Assembly (NCBI GenBank): GCA_047620825.1
Contig: JBLHOC010000001.1
Span: forward strand, 1-62,365
DNA length: 62,365 nucleotides
Direction: 5' to 3'
DNA from: Bacteroidia bacterium
Lineage (GTDB): Bacteria; Bacteroidota; Bacteroidia; NS11-12g; UBA9320
The notes beneath the pieces were generated by a model that was not told the DNA's origin, searched no databases, and was given only the letters and a program-made list of their open reading frames with translations. The translations under genes and the position numbers were made by a program. Of the stretch, positions 45,149 through 55,070 are shown piece after piece. How positions within the stretch are numbered: position 1 is the stretch's first letter; each line of letters begins with the position of its first letter.

Positions 45149-46387
45149 ATGGCATTACATATGAAACGAGTTGCAATTTTTATCGGAATCCTATTCCTTT
45201 TAAATCTCTATGTTTTCCAAGGGTACAAAATTTTGATTCAAAATTTTGAAGGCAAAATGGCTCTTTTAGCTAAAATAGGGTACTGGGTATTGGTATTGAT
45301 GGCCTACCTAGCGCTGGGTTACACCATGACACGCATGGGCACCAATCCTCAAACATTTTGGACAAAAGTAGCATTGAGCTACTTCTTTATCATACTTGTT
45401 GTTCAGCTGGTCTGGAGTCTTTTTATGACTATAGATGATATTGTTCGACTATTTCAGTGGATTGGTTCTTTCTTTACGAAGGCATCAACGGTTGAAAATG
45501 GCATCTCACGTAAATCCTTTTTGATGAAATCTGGCGCATTTGTCGCAACTGGTTTTGGGGCCGCATTGGCATATGGTGTGGTGAGAGGGTCGCATCAATA
45601 CCAAGTGATTAATCAAAAACTGACAATTCCCAACTTACCGGAAGGTCTAAAAGGACTAAAGTTATTGCAAATTAGCGACATACATAGCGGTAGTTTTTGG
45701 AACAAAAATGCAGTCCAAAAAGGTGTTGACTTAATCAAAGAGCAAAACGCAGATCTTATTTTTTTTACCGGAGATTTAGTCAACAACGAAGCACATGAAA
45801 TGGATGATTACCTGGACGTGTTTTCTCAAATCACTGCACCAATGGGTGTATTTTCTACGCTAGGTAACCATGATTATGGCGAATATGTGCCAGGGTTCAA
45901 ACCGTCAGATTTGCCAACTAATGTTGCTAATATAGAAGCAGTACATAAAAAGTTGGGATGGCGTTTGCTTATGAACGAACATACCATTTTAGAAAAGAAC
46001 GATGCAAAATTAGCTGTCGTTGGTATAGAAAATTGGGGTGCGAAAATGCATTTTAAAAAGTATGGTGATTTGAATAAAGCGATTTCTGGTGTTGACCAAG
46101 CTTTACCAACATTGTTATTGTCTCACGACCCAAGCCATTGGCGCGCTGAGGTGATTCAAAAATTTCCACAAGTTGACGCGACTTTCAGTGGCCATACCCA
46201 TGGCATGCAGTTTGGAATCGAAACTGGTGGTATGAAATGGAGCCCAGTGAAATATCTTTATCCTGAGTGGGCTGGTTTATATAAAGAAGGTACACAGCAA
46301 CTTTATGTCAATCGTGGTTTTGGTTATTTAGGTTTTCCTGGACGACTTGGTATATGGCCAGAAATCACCGTTTTTGAGTTGGCCTAA
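45149..46387 (+). CDS. membrane-anchored metallophosphoesterase (YkuE-like)
   Basis: N-terminal TM helices followed by the calcineurin-like motifs ISDIHSG, FTGDLV, GNHDY and GHTHG. Confidence 0.85.
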   Translation: MALHMKRVAIFIGILFLLNLYVFQGYKILIQNFEGKMALLAKIGYWVLVLMAYLALGYTMTRMGTNPQTFWTKVALSYFFIILVVQLVWSLFMTIDDIVRLFQWIGSFFTKASTVENGISRKSFLMKSGAFVATGFGAALAYGVVRGSHQYQVINQKLTIPNLPEGLKGLKLLQISDIHSGSFWNKNAVQKGVDLIKEQNADLIFFTGDLVNNEAHEMDDYLDVFSQITAPMGVFSTLGNHDYGEYVPGFKPSDLPTNVANIEAVHKKLGWRLLMNEHTILEKNDAKLAVVGIENWGAKMHFKKYGDLNKAISGVDQALPTLLLSHDPSHWRAEVIQKFPQVDATFSGHTHGMQFGIETGGMKWSPVKYLYPEWAGLYKEGTQQLYVNRGFGYLGFPGRLGIWPEITVFELA

Positions 46388-47385
46388 CAAAACCAAAAAG
46401 GCGTATTACCCAACTGGTTCAATTGTAGATTAATATCTTTTTGTCCTGTTTTATCTGCGACGACGATTACGATTTGTTGTTCGTCATCCAATAGAGCGAC
46501 ACGACTATCTTCTAACACTATACCATAAATATTATGGCCAATTTTGTTTGGATTATCTGTGAGCCACACAAATGGCAGATTCGCAGATATCCAATCCTTA
46601 GCCACCACTTTCCCTTTTTTACCTGCACCCCAAAGCACCAAAGGTTTGGTAGAGTCATAATCGATTTCTTTGAAATAATGCAACTTTAACTCCATAAACC
46701 TATTATCTGCATACAGTGATGAGGTTCGTGTTGTTCTGGTTTCATGATCACGCCAAAGGTGAATAACACCTTGTGTTCCAGAGGTTTTTAATCCAGCTTT
46801 ATAAAATCGAAAACACAAGTCGTAATCTTCAGGATAGAGTGGAGAGTCAAACCCCCCAGCTGAAAGAAAATCATCACGCACGGCCATCCAACATGGTGAA
46901 GGTATCACACACTCCTTATAGACCGCTGTAAAATTATTATTGGCTTTTATTAAACCATTTAACCATTGTTCGTAATGCCGATAGCCATCACCCAGTCCCT
47001 GATCCCGAAAGTATTTTATTTGACCAACACCAATGGTTCCTGGAGCGGTTACCAATAACAATTGTTCAAGGTTGTCTGGCGTTTTTAGGTCATCACCATC
47101 CATTCTGGTAATGTAATTTCCGGTAGACGCTAAGAATCCATGATGTAATGCATGAATTACACCAACATGAGGGTTTTTTAAATATCGAACGCGACGATCT
47201 TGGGCAACCATCAGCTTTGCGATAGCACTGCTATTGTCGGTACTATTGTCATCCACTAAAATAAGCTCCCAATGATCGTAGGTCTGAGATAAAATGGATT
47301 CGATACAAGCGTGCAAATATTTCTCCTCATTTTTAAATGGGAGAATGATGCTAATAATAGAATGTTTTCCTCTTAAATCGAGCAT
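46384..47385 (-). CDS. family 2 glycosyltransferase with an extra C-terminal domain
   Basis: ISIILPFKNEEKYL...ELILVDDNSTDNS and a DxD motif in RMDGDDL. About 90 additional C-terminal residues are present. Confidence 0.8.
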   Translation of the reverse strand: MLDLRGKHSIISIILPFKNEEKYLHACIESILSQTYDHWELILVDDNSTDNSSAIAKLMVAQDRRVRYLKNPHVGVIHALHHGFLASTGNYITRMDGDDLKTPDNLEQLLLVTAPGTIGVGQIKYFRDQGLGDGYRHYEQWLNGLIKANNNFTAVYKECVIPSPCWMAVRDDFLSAGGFDSPLYPEDYDLCFRFYKAGLKTSGTQGVIHLWRDHETRTTRTSSLYADNRFMELKLHYFKEIDYDSTKPLVLWGAGKKGKVVAKDWISANLPFVWLTDNPNKIGHNIYGIVLEDSRVALLDDEQQIVIVVADKTGQKDINLQLNQLGNTPFWFC

Positions 47386-47583
47386 AAAGGCTTTAACAAA
47401 AATATGGCTTTAGAAAGTTGAGACACTCATAAAATATGTACCTTTGAAAGAGGGCGTGTAAACGATTGAAAAATTCAACACTTATACTTTACCGGCTTAA
47501 CCGGCATGTCAAAACCAGGCCTCATCACTTCGGTGAAAGAGACGCAAGTCAAACGGTGGAAGGTTGCGATATAGTTGGGGGCC

Positions 47584-47605
47584 AAATCCTATCTTTTAGG
47601 GATTT
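47584..47605. terminator. weak AT-rich hairpin just downstream of the 47623-48846 gene
   Basis: AAATCC / GGATTT 6-bp stem with a 10-nt loop, 17 nt after the minus-strand stop. The U-tract (TTTTT) is only on the plus-strand side, so the orientation is ambiguous. Confidence 0.3.
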
Positions 47606-47622
47606 TTCAACTTTCGCGCCCT

Positions 47623-48846
47623 TTATTCTATTTTAGATATCACAAAGATATTTCGTGGATCACTTACGTTGATATAAAACAATCCACCTGCACCCCATAC
47701 CAAGGCAAATTTTGCAGACATCACACTTACCTTACTGTGTATGTTTGGAAGTTCATCCAATATGTCAACTGTACTATTGAATAAGGGCGGATTTGATACG
47801 TCAAACATTGCTAATCCTCCGGCGCCATCACACAGCAGCATCTTTGATTCGATAGTTGATACATACTGAGGTTCTGTAAATGAGAATGTACCTGTTGGTG
47901 GAGCGTTAACATTTGTTCTTAAAGGGACTACAATTAACATATTGTTGGAATTGCAATTTGGGTTGTTATGGTCGGAAAAGTCTGGATAGAAAATGGCATT
48001 CTGAATCATAAAAAACTTACCACAAGTAAACGGTGAACTCGCACTAGTGCCGTTTATCCTCGAAAGTGCTCCGTCATTTGACAAAAGGATCATGTTTTTT
48101 GTTGGTGAACCAACCACAATAAACGTATCTGAGCTTGAAACAAGGATTTCTCCAGCTCTATTTGAGAGCACTAAGTTCATGGATTGTTTAAAGGTTAGTG
48201 TACCGGTAATACCAATAAGGAAGTTCCGTAATTGAGCATTATCAGCTGTAATTAAGTGATCCTTTGTAATATGAAAATCCACATGAGGTCCTTGGGATGT
48301 ACTAAAAGATTCAGTCGTGTTTTCGGGATAGATATAACCATCAGCGCAGTCGGTATTCTCCAAGAGCCGTTCAATGTATTCGTATTTATAATCAGTAATG
48401 AAAGAGTCTTGTTTGACAAATTCTTCATTGAAAATGTCTCGAACCACTTTGGTTTTTGACATGTTATTTAGATCGGAAACGTCAATAATAATTAAGTCTG
48501 TTGCTTGACCAACGTAAATGGTGTTCCCTTGTCCTTCGATGGAAAGACATCCTGGGACGCTTATAAAGGATGTCCGAGTGGGTAAACTTGTCGTTGGCTT
48601 GCTAATGACGTGTATCCCTTTTCCCTTTTCTTGTAAAAAGTAGGCATGGTCTAATTCAATTATACGATCGATTGAGTCCATAGGTTGAACACCAAGAACT
48701 TCAAAGCTATTTCTGATGGATTCAAAGCTTCCATACACCGGAATTTTCGTGTAGTAATAAACGGTTTTATCACAGTTAGATATGCAAGAAGTCAGTGAGG
48801 ACACTCCGAATAAAAAAATGACGAGAGAAAGAGGTAGGTTTTTCAT
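47623..48846 (-). CDS. lipoprotein with LVIVD-like beta-propeller repeats
   Basis: Lipobox in MKNLPLSLVIFLFGVSSLTSC. Repeated DVS-type motifs occur (LIIIDVSDLNNM, GLAMFDVSNPP, GLFYINVSDPRN) and resemble LVIVD repeats. Confidence 0.55.
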   Translation of the reverse strand: MKNLPLSLVIFLFGVSSLTSCISNCDKTVYYYTKIPVYGSFESIRNSFEVLGVQPMDSIDRIIELDHAYFLQEKGKGIHVISKPTTSLPTRTSFISVPGCLSIEGQGNTIYVGQATDLIIIDVSDLNNMSKTKVVRDIFNEEFVKQDSFITDYKYEYIERLLENTDCADGYIYPENTTESFSTSQGPHVDFHITKDHLITADNAQLRNFLIGITGTLTFKQSMNLVLSNRAGEILVSSSDTFIVVGSPTKNMILLSNDGALSRINGTSASSPFTCGKFFMIQNAIFYPDFSDHNNPNCNSNNMLIVVPLRTNVNAPPTGTFSFTEPQYVSTIESKMLLCDGAGGLAMFDVSNPPLFNSTVDILDELPNIHSKVSVMSAKFALVWGAGGLFYINVSDPRNIFVISKIE

Positions 48847-48861
48847 AAATTACGCCGAGCA

Positions 48862-49710
48862 ATGCATTCAAAACTAATAAAGTTTTTAAGACTTTCTGAT
48901 AACGTAACTTCACAGTTATTTCATTTTACGGTGTGTCTATTGATGCTTTGTTTCTTTACAGGAACAAATGCGCAAGTTTCAGTCAACTATGTTAGAGTAC
49001 AACTACATTCTGGGACAAACATTGAAGGTGAAATGGTTAAAATTGAGTACCAAAAGTACGTTGATATTTTAATGCCAAATAGTGATACCATGCATATTCC
49101 ATGGGTAGATATTGCCTCTCTAGATTTCATCACGAAGGAAGTTCACCAACGAGCAAAACAGCTGGTAAAGCCAAAAAAAAAGAATGTACCATTTAATAAT
49201 ACTGGGTATTATACATTTTTTGATTTTGGCATTCCTCTAGGATTAGACTACTGGAATTACCCAGTTGCCGGCGGCAGTGGTACATATGGTTTTGGGCGAA
49301 GCTTTAGTCATAACCACCATGTAGCGGCAACCATCGGATATGAAGGATATTTATGGCCAAACGTTACGGTTGTGCCTTTGGGCTTAGAATATTACAACCG
49401 ATTTAAAGAACAGGGCCGGTCTTGGTTTTATTATGCAGGAACTGGTTTTGCCTTCCCTCATTTATCAGAATATACATGGCTCGACAATTCAAAGGTTAAA
49501 GGAGGAGGTTACTTTACCTCTGGTTTTGGAATTACAAACAAACGTCATTTGAAAAGAAGCTGGTATTTAAAATTTGGCTATAAATACCAAACCATTTCAG
49601 CCACATACCAGGCAACAATATGGGAATTTGGTTCAAATAGGGCAGCAGAGGTGAGCGAGCAGGTAAATTTTCATCGAGTAGATATACGGCTCGGTTTCCG
49701 ATTCGATTAA
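48862..49710 (+). CDS. hypothetical secreted protein with a possible small outer-membrane barrel
   Basis: Signal peptide ...[13 protein letters not shown]. The C-terminal half is Gly/Tyr/Phe-rich and strand-like, ending [10 protein letters not shown]. Only 15 nt separate it from the divergent lipoprotein start. Confidence 0.5.
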   Translation: MHSKLIKFLRLSDNVTSQLFHFTVCLLMLCFFTGTNAQVSVNYVRVQLHSGTNIEGEMVKIEYQKYVDILMPNSDTMHIPWVDIASLDFITKEVHQRAKQLVKPKKKNVPFNNTGYYTFFDFGIPLGLDYWNYPVAGGSGTYGFGRSFSHNHHVAATIGYEGYLWPNVTVVPLGLEYYNRFKEQGRSWFYYAGTGFAFPHLSEYTWLDNSKVKGGGYFTSGFGITNKRHLKRSWYLKFGYKYQTISATYQATIWEFGSNRAAEVSEQVNFHRVDIRLGFRFD

Positions 49711-50867
49711 CTACTAATTACACCACTTCCAATCAATTCATTTTCATGGTACCATGCAACAAACTGGCCCGCGGCTATCGCTTTTTGACGGGTTTCAAAA
49801 GATATAATCAATCCATCTGAAACTTTCGTAACAGTAGCTTTTTGCAACGGTTGCCTGTACCTAATTCGACATATATAATCTTTTTCTTGACCGGAATCAA
49901 GTGTCATATCTGGTCGAACCCAATGTGTTTCTGCATTTGTGACAAATAGGTTATTGCGGGATAGACCAGGATGAGTTTCTCCCATACCGACGTAAATGGT
50001 GTTTGTAACTACGTTGGTTGCGATAATAAACAACGGTTCAGTCTTGCCACCAACGCCTAAACCTTTGCGTTGTCCAATGGTATAGAAATGGGCACCTTGA
50101 TGCTGTCCGACGACTGTGCCATCAGACTCGGAATACGATATTTCATGTTGATTGTCTGGCGCAACAGTTTGGTATATGTCTGAGTCTTTGGCTATTTCAA
50201 CAATATTTCCGGTCTTGGTTTTTAATTGCTGTTGTAGAAAATCTGGTAGTCTCACTTTTCCAATGAAACATAGTCCTTGTGAATCTTTTTTTCCAGCCGT
50301 GATAAGGTCTTTGTCTTTAGCGATTTCACGAACTTTTTCTTTTTCAAGATGCCCAATAGGGAAAAGTGCTTTTTTAAGCTGGTCTTGATTGACTTGACAT
50401 AGAAAATAGGATTGATCCTTCCTGTTGTCGTTACCCGCCAATAATCGAAATGTTTCAACGCCATTTACGATAACACTTTCTTTTTGGCAATAATGCCCTG
50501 TGGCAACATAGTCTGCGCCAAGTTGCAAGGCAGCATCCAAAAATACATCAAACTTGATTTCACGGTTACATAAAACGTCGGGATTAGGCGTTCGTCCAGC
50601 CTCATATTCATCAAACATATAATCGACTATACGAGTTTTGTAAGAGTCACTTAAGTCTAAAGTCTGAAATGGAATGCCGAGTTTCTCAGCCACAATTAGA
50701 GCGTCTTTACTATCTTCTTCCCATGGGCAGTCATCACTAATGGTCACATCTGTATCGTGCCAATTTTTCATAAAGACACCAATAACATCATACCCTTGAT
50801 CTACCAATAAGGCAGCTGCAACAGAAGAGTCTACTCCTCCGGAAAGACCCACTACAACTCGTTTCAT
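49707..50867 (-). CDS. mnmA: tRNA 2-thiouridine(34) synthase
   Basis: PP-loop [15 protein letters not shown], the conserved NPDVLCN, and GLCFIG Cys motifs. Confidence 0.95.
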   Translation of the reverse strand: MKRVVVGLSGGVDSSVAAALLVDQGYDVIGVFMKNWHDTDVTISDDCPWEEDSKDALIVAEKLGIPFQTLDLSDSYKTRIVDYMFDEYEAGRTPNPDVLCNREIKFDVFLDAALQLGADYVATGHYCQKESVIVNGVETFRLLAGNDNRKDQSYFLCQVNQDQLKKALFPIGHLEKEKVREIAKDKDLITAGKKDSQGLCFIGKVRLPDFLQQQLKTKTGNIVEIAKDSDIYQTVAPDNQHEISYSESDGTVVGQHQGAHFYTIGQRKGLGVGGKTEPLFIIATNVVTNTIYVGMGETHPGLSRNNLFVTNAETHWVRPDMTLDSGQEKDYICRIRYRQPLQKATVTKVSDGLIISFETRQKAIAAGQFVAWYHENELIGSGVISS

Positions 50868-50887
50868 TTCGGTAATTTAATTAACCT

Positions 50888-51607
50888 TTAATCGGTAAAC
50901 AAAACACGTTGGCTAATGGTTTTACCGGATGTCATTGTTAAAAGGATAGTGTACAACCCCGCACTACTGTTTTTTAAAGAGATCTTACCATTATTGATTT
51001 TATAATCAACGACTTGACCGATAGGATTTAAACAAATTACAGACTCGACATCATCCAAAAGTTTATTGGAAACATAAATATTTCCATTTCTTGATGGGTT
51101 TGGATACAAGTATACTTGTTGCAAATCAAGATCACCTACACTGTTTAAGTCGTCCACAGTCATGGTGAATTGTCGGATGGTGTCTTTTTGAGTGGTACTA
51201 ACCGTCCCAAATATCTTGGCATATATCACAATCTGTATGTCTATTGGGTGGTTCCCAACATCACTCTTTATTGCCGTTCCCTCTAAAGTAGCGCAACCAG
51301 TAGAGTCAGGTATGAAAGTGCAATTCTTATGCGCACAAGTATAGTAGAAGCCGGTAGGCAAACCTTCAATGCCTGTCACTACAATAGAATCAATGGTAGC
51401 GAACACAGGATTACCATTTAAAAGCACCGAAGTGTCTTTAAAAATACGGACTTGTAGTACCTGTTTATAGATTGAATCGACATATGCTGGTTCAATCGTT
51501 TTTGGATGAAAACCAACATCGGTAATATTCTGATCTGAAATGCAGGTTTGGCTATATCCAATGGCAGATATAAGTATGGAACAAAGAACTAGAGAAATGC
51601 GTCGCAT
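50888..51607 (-). CDS. small T9SS cargo protein of unknown function
   Basis: The ATG at 51607 gives the signal peptide MRRISLVLCSILISAIGYSQ. The C-terminal domain is VYLYPNPSRNGNIYVSN...GLYTILLTMTSGKTISQRVLFTD. Confidence 0.65.
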   Translation of the reverse strand: MRRISLVLCSILISAIGYSQTCISDQNITDVGFHPKTIEPAYVDSIYKQVLQVRIFKDTSVLLNGNPVFATIDSIVVTGIEGLPTGFYYTCAHKNCTFIPDSTGCATLEGTAIKSDVGNHPIDIQIVIYAKIFGTVSTTQKDTIRQFTMTVDDLNSVGDLDLQQVYLYPNPSRNGNIYVSNKLLDDVESVICLNPIGQVVDYKINNGKISLKNSSAGLYTILLTMTSGKTISQRVLFTD

Positions 51608-51653
51608 ATTTTTGTTAAACTTGTGTAATACGAATTTAGTTAATTTTAGGCTG

Positions 51654-53945
51654 ATGAAACAATGGATATTAATAGGCATTTTCCTTGGAATCTGCACTTC
51701 AACGCAGGCACAATTCCGTCAAATAGAAGGTTTTGTAATTGATGAGCAAAATAAAAAACCCGTATCAGATGCGGTAATTTTGGATGGAGATAGCATCAAT
51801 AATTTTGTGATTACAGATAGTCTAGGCCGGTTTTCGGTTCTGACAGCGGCTAAACAGTTAGAAATCAAACATATATCCTATAAGACGGAAATCATAAATA
51901 CTTCGGGCTTCATTAATGGTTCTCGTATTACAATAGAATCTGGGCATACAACTGTACTAGATCAAACGGTAGTTGGGTCAGATAAAATTGGCAGAGCGCT
52001 TAAAAACCAAATTGTCTCAGTTGAATCAGTAAGTCCTAGTTTAATCATAAATAAAAACCCTGTGACAGTCGACGAAATTTTGAATCAAGTTTCAGGAGTT
52101 GTTATCTCTGATGGACAAATAAGTATAAGAAACGGTGCAGGATGGAGTTATGGTGCTGGTACTAGGGCGTTAGTTGTGGTGGATGGCATGCCTCTGATTA
52201 GTGGAGACGCCGGACAGGTACAATGGAATTTTATTGCAACGGATAACATTCGAAACATGGAAGTCGTGAAAGGTGCGAGTTCTGTGCTTTATGGCTCAGC
52301 CGCGTTAAACGGAATGATCAATATTCGGTCTGCATGGCCGGGACAAAAGCCTCAAACCAAGGTGACATTCTTTAGTGGGAAATACTCGGATGCATCAAGA
52401 AGTACTTTAGATTGGAGTTCTAAAAGTTTGTATTCTAGTGGATTAAGAATTACAGACTTAAGATCAAAGGGCAAGCATGATGTTGTAACAACTTTTGAAT
52501 ATATTGATGATCAAGGATACAGATTTGGGGATTTTGATAAAAGACTTCATGGCGGATTAGACTACCGATATAAGTTAAACAAAAACATTGAACTTGGTAT
52601 TCGAACACACTTATTATCAACCAACAACGGATCATTTTTGCTTTGGAAAAGCTATGACAGTGCTTACAATGCACTGGATGACCAAACAACGGAAACCAAT
52701 GGGCTTAAGTATCGGGTGGATCCATTCATCTCTATAAGGACAAAAAATGGATGGCAGCATCACTTTAAATCAAGGCTGTTATCTATTAATAATCAGGTAG
52801 ATAATGGCGACACGTCAGTGGATCAGTCCAACAAAAGTAAAATGTATTATGCCGATTATCAAACAACTTATCCCATTAACAAAAAGGGGGACTTGATTTT
52901 TGGTGCGACTGTAATTTCGACGATTACAAACTCCCCATTGTTTACCGGAACTCAAAAAGCAAACAATCAAGCCTTGTATGGACAACTCAATCAGAAATGG
53001 AAAAAATTGACATACTCTGTTGGTATTAGATATGAGAATTATGCATTGAATGACTTTAAGGAATCTAAACCTGTGTTTCGTGCTGGAATGAATTATGGGC
53101 TGGCGAAAGCAACATATATACGAGCATCATATGGACAGGGGTATAGGTTTCCTACAATTGGGGAGTCATATATAAAGACTACGGTTGGTGCGATATCTAT
53201 TTATCCAAATAATAACCTTCAATCCGAAACAGGTGACAATATAGAAATTGGACTTAAGCAAGGGTTTAAACTTAAAAATATTAAAGGATATTTTGATGTG
53301 GCCTTGTTTCAAATGAGCTATCAAAACATGATGGAATTCACGTTCGGGCAATGGTCGTCAGATGTATCGGCGGACAATGGTTATGGTTTAGGTTTTAAGT
53401 CTTTAAATACAGGTCCGACATCCATAAAAGGTATTGACCTTAGTTTGGTTGGTCAAGTTCGTATTCTGAAGGGAAGCCTAAGGGCATTTGGCGGTTATAC
53501 CAGTAGCTTACCTGTTGCAGATGATGTTCGATACAAGTTCGCTACGGATAGTGTAGGAAATGACTTGTCTTATAGTACAACAAGTTCTGACACCACAAAT
53601 GGCATATTGAAATACCGCAGTTTACGAACGTTCAAAATGGATTTGTCATTTTCTAGAAAACGCTTACAATTTGGTGTATCATGGAGATACCAAAGCCAAA
53701 TGCAAAATATTGATAAGGCTTTTGTTGATCCTTTATTTGCCTTTTTTGTACCTGGTATCCAAACGGGTTTGGACTTAAATCCGAAAGGTTACTGGATTAC
53801 AGATTTACGAGTGTCGTATAGGATTTCGTCTAAACTAAAAATGGCCTTAATCATCAATAACAACAGCAACATTGAATATATGGTGCGACCTGCAGACATT
53901 GGCGCTCCGCGGATGGCCATGTTACAACTTAGAATGACCTTGTAG
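51654..53945 (+). CDS. TonB-dependent receptor with an N-terminal carboxypeptidase-regulatory-like domain
   Basis: The ATG at 51654 gives the signal peptide MKQWILIGIFLGICTSTQAQ. This is followed by IEGFVIDEQNKKPVSDAVIL, a plug region (MEVVKGASSVLYGSAALNGMINI), and a long beta-barrel. Confidence 0.8.
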   Translation: MKQWILIGIFLGICTSTQAQFRQIEGFVIDEQNKKPVSDAVILDGDSINNFVITDSLGRFSVLTAAKQLEIKHISYKTEIINTSGFINGSRITIESGHTTVLDQTVVGSDKIGRALKNQIVSVESVSPSLIINKNPVTVDEILNQVSGVVISDGQISIRNGAGWSYGAGTRALVVVDGMPLISGDAGQVQWNFIATDNIRNMEVVKGASSVLYGSAALNGMINIRSAWPGQKPQTKVTFFSGKYSDASRSTLDWSSKSLYSSGLRITDLRSKGKHDVVTTFEYIDDQGYRFGDFDKRLHGGLDYRYKLNKNIELGIRTHLLSTNNGSFLLWKSYDSAYNALDDQTTETNGLKYRVDPFISIRTKNGWQHHFKSRLLSINNQVDNGDTSVDQSNKSKMYYADYQTTYPINKKGDLIFGATVISTITNSPLFTGTQKANNQALYGQLNQKWKKLTYSVGIRYENYALNDFKESKPVFRAGMNYGLAKATYIRASYGQGYRFPTIGESYIKTTVGAISIYPNNNLQSETGDNIEIGLKQGFKLKNIKGYFDVALFQMSYQNMMEFTFGQWSSDVSADNGYGLGFKSLNTGPTSIKGIDLSLVGQVRILKGSLRAFGGYTSSLPVADDVRYKFATDSVGNDLSYSTTSSDTTNGILKYRSLRTFKMDLSFSRKRLQFGVSWRYQSQMQNIDKAFVDPLFAFFVPGIQTGLDLNPKGYWITDLRVSYRISSKLKMALIINNNSNIEYMVRPADIGAPRMAMLQLRMTL

Positions 53946-54513
53946 CGTTGTTTAAGTCTTGATCTATTTTTTTAAGACCTTCGAACCATGCATCACCGAA
54001 TCTACGTCGTAAGGCATTTTCAACAAATTCGTACACCTTTACTTGCTCTTGGTCGCCCTTAGCGCAAGCTTCTGTACACAAATACCATTGATGGTAATTT
54101 AAAGCGGTGTAGGTATCATATTCTTTTACTCGAACAGGATACATGTGACAACTGATTGGTTTTACAAAGTCGATTTTGTTTTTATAAAAGGCATTTTCTA
54201 TCCCGCAATTGAGTATGCCATTGGGTTGCTTCACTACAAAACAACATCTCCCATCATCTAAACATGTTGTAACAAGTTCTCCGTCGTCGTCTTTTTCGTA
54301 GAATCCATTTTCATGAATAAAATCAATGTGTTCTTCAGTTAACTCTTCAAAAATTGTGGGCATAATCTCCTCAATCTTCTCAACTTCTGCTTTAGTGATT
54401 GGTGCGCCCTTGTCTCCTTCGATACAACATGCACCTTTGCATTTAAGCACATCACAGGCAAAAAACTCTTTTAATATGTCATCGCTTATAAGCGTATCTT
54501 CATGAATAATCAT
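53929..54513 (-). CDS. DUF3109-like Cys-rich protein
   Basis: 194 aa with [21 protein letters not shown] and later CHMYPVR and CTEAC motifs. Its start overlaps the purE stop by 4 nt (ATGA). Confidence 0.6.
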   Translation of the reverse strand: MIIHEDTLISDDILKEFFACDVLKCKGACCIEGDKGAPITKAEVEKIEEIMPTIFEELTEEHIDFIHENGFYEKDDDGELVTTCLDDGRCCFVVKQPNGILNCGIENAFYKNKIDFVKPISCHMYPVRVKEYDTYTALNYHQWYLCTEACAKGDQEQVKVYEFVENALRRRFGDAWFEGLKKIDQDLNNATRSF

Positions 54514-55025
54514 GACTTAGAGAGGTATGATTTATATCCAATTTCTTCCAACTTTTTCGCCTTATCTAGAACAGTTGATTCCATCTCTGATTTGAATTTT
54601 GCTACTGCTTCTAATACAGTAGGGTTTGAACAGCCAATAATCTGAGCTGCAAGTATGCCTGCATTTTTAGATCCGTTTATGGCAACAGTCGCTACTGGCA
54701 CACCAGGAGGCATTTGAACAATACTGTATAGAGAATCTATTCCACTCATGGTGGAAGATTTAACCGGTACGCCAATAACAGGCAATGGTGTTAACGAGGC
54801 AACCATACCTGGTAAATGAGCTGCACCACCAGCACCAGCGATTATTACTTTTAGTCCGTTTCCAACCGCGTTTTCAGCATAATCGTATAAACGTTTTGGT
54901 GTTCGATGTGCACTTACAACGGTTAGTTCATACGCTATATTAAGCTCATCTAGAATTTTTGCGGCTTCCGACATAACAGGAAGATCCGAATCTGAACCCA
55001 TGATTATTCCGACTTGAATTGACAT
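54510..55025 (-). CDS. purE: N5-carboxyaminoimidazole ribonucleotide mutase
   Basis: [20 protein letters not shown] and [11 protein letters not shown] motifs. Confidence 0.95.
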   Translation of the reverse strand: MSIQVGIIMGSDSDLPVMSEAAKILDELNIAYELTVVSAHRTPKRLYDYAENAVGNGLKVIIAGAGGAAHLPGMVASLTPLPVIGVPVKSSTMSGIDSLYSIVQMPPGVPVATVAINGSKNAGILAAQIIGCSNPTVLEAVAKFKSEMESTVLDKAKKLEEIGYKSYLSKS

Positions 55026-55070
55026 ATGTACTGTGCTTGTTTTGGCAAAGCTACCTATTTTGGTAGAATA

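Noticed and set aside
47386-47622. Tried to assign the structured intergenic region to SRP (4.5S) RNA or a known riboswitch class
   Set aside because: ACCAGG is present, but the conserved GGAA-tetraloop/AGCA helix-8 core and the pairing of the 5' and 3' ends are absent. I could not find B12-box, fluoride, ZTP, preQ1 or guanidine signatures by eye. It is kept only as an unclassified candidate in the findings.
51540-51697. Apparent 158-nt overlap of the divergent ORFs 50888-51697 and 51540-53945, plus similar N-terminal extensions at 93, 11431, 34284, 35449, 40854, 60407 and 61290
   Set aside because: These are artefacts of taking the longest ORF. In each case an internal ATG gives a proper signal peptide or family-typical N-terminus and removes the overlap. 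The coordinates in the feature list use those internal starts.
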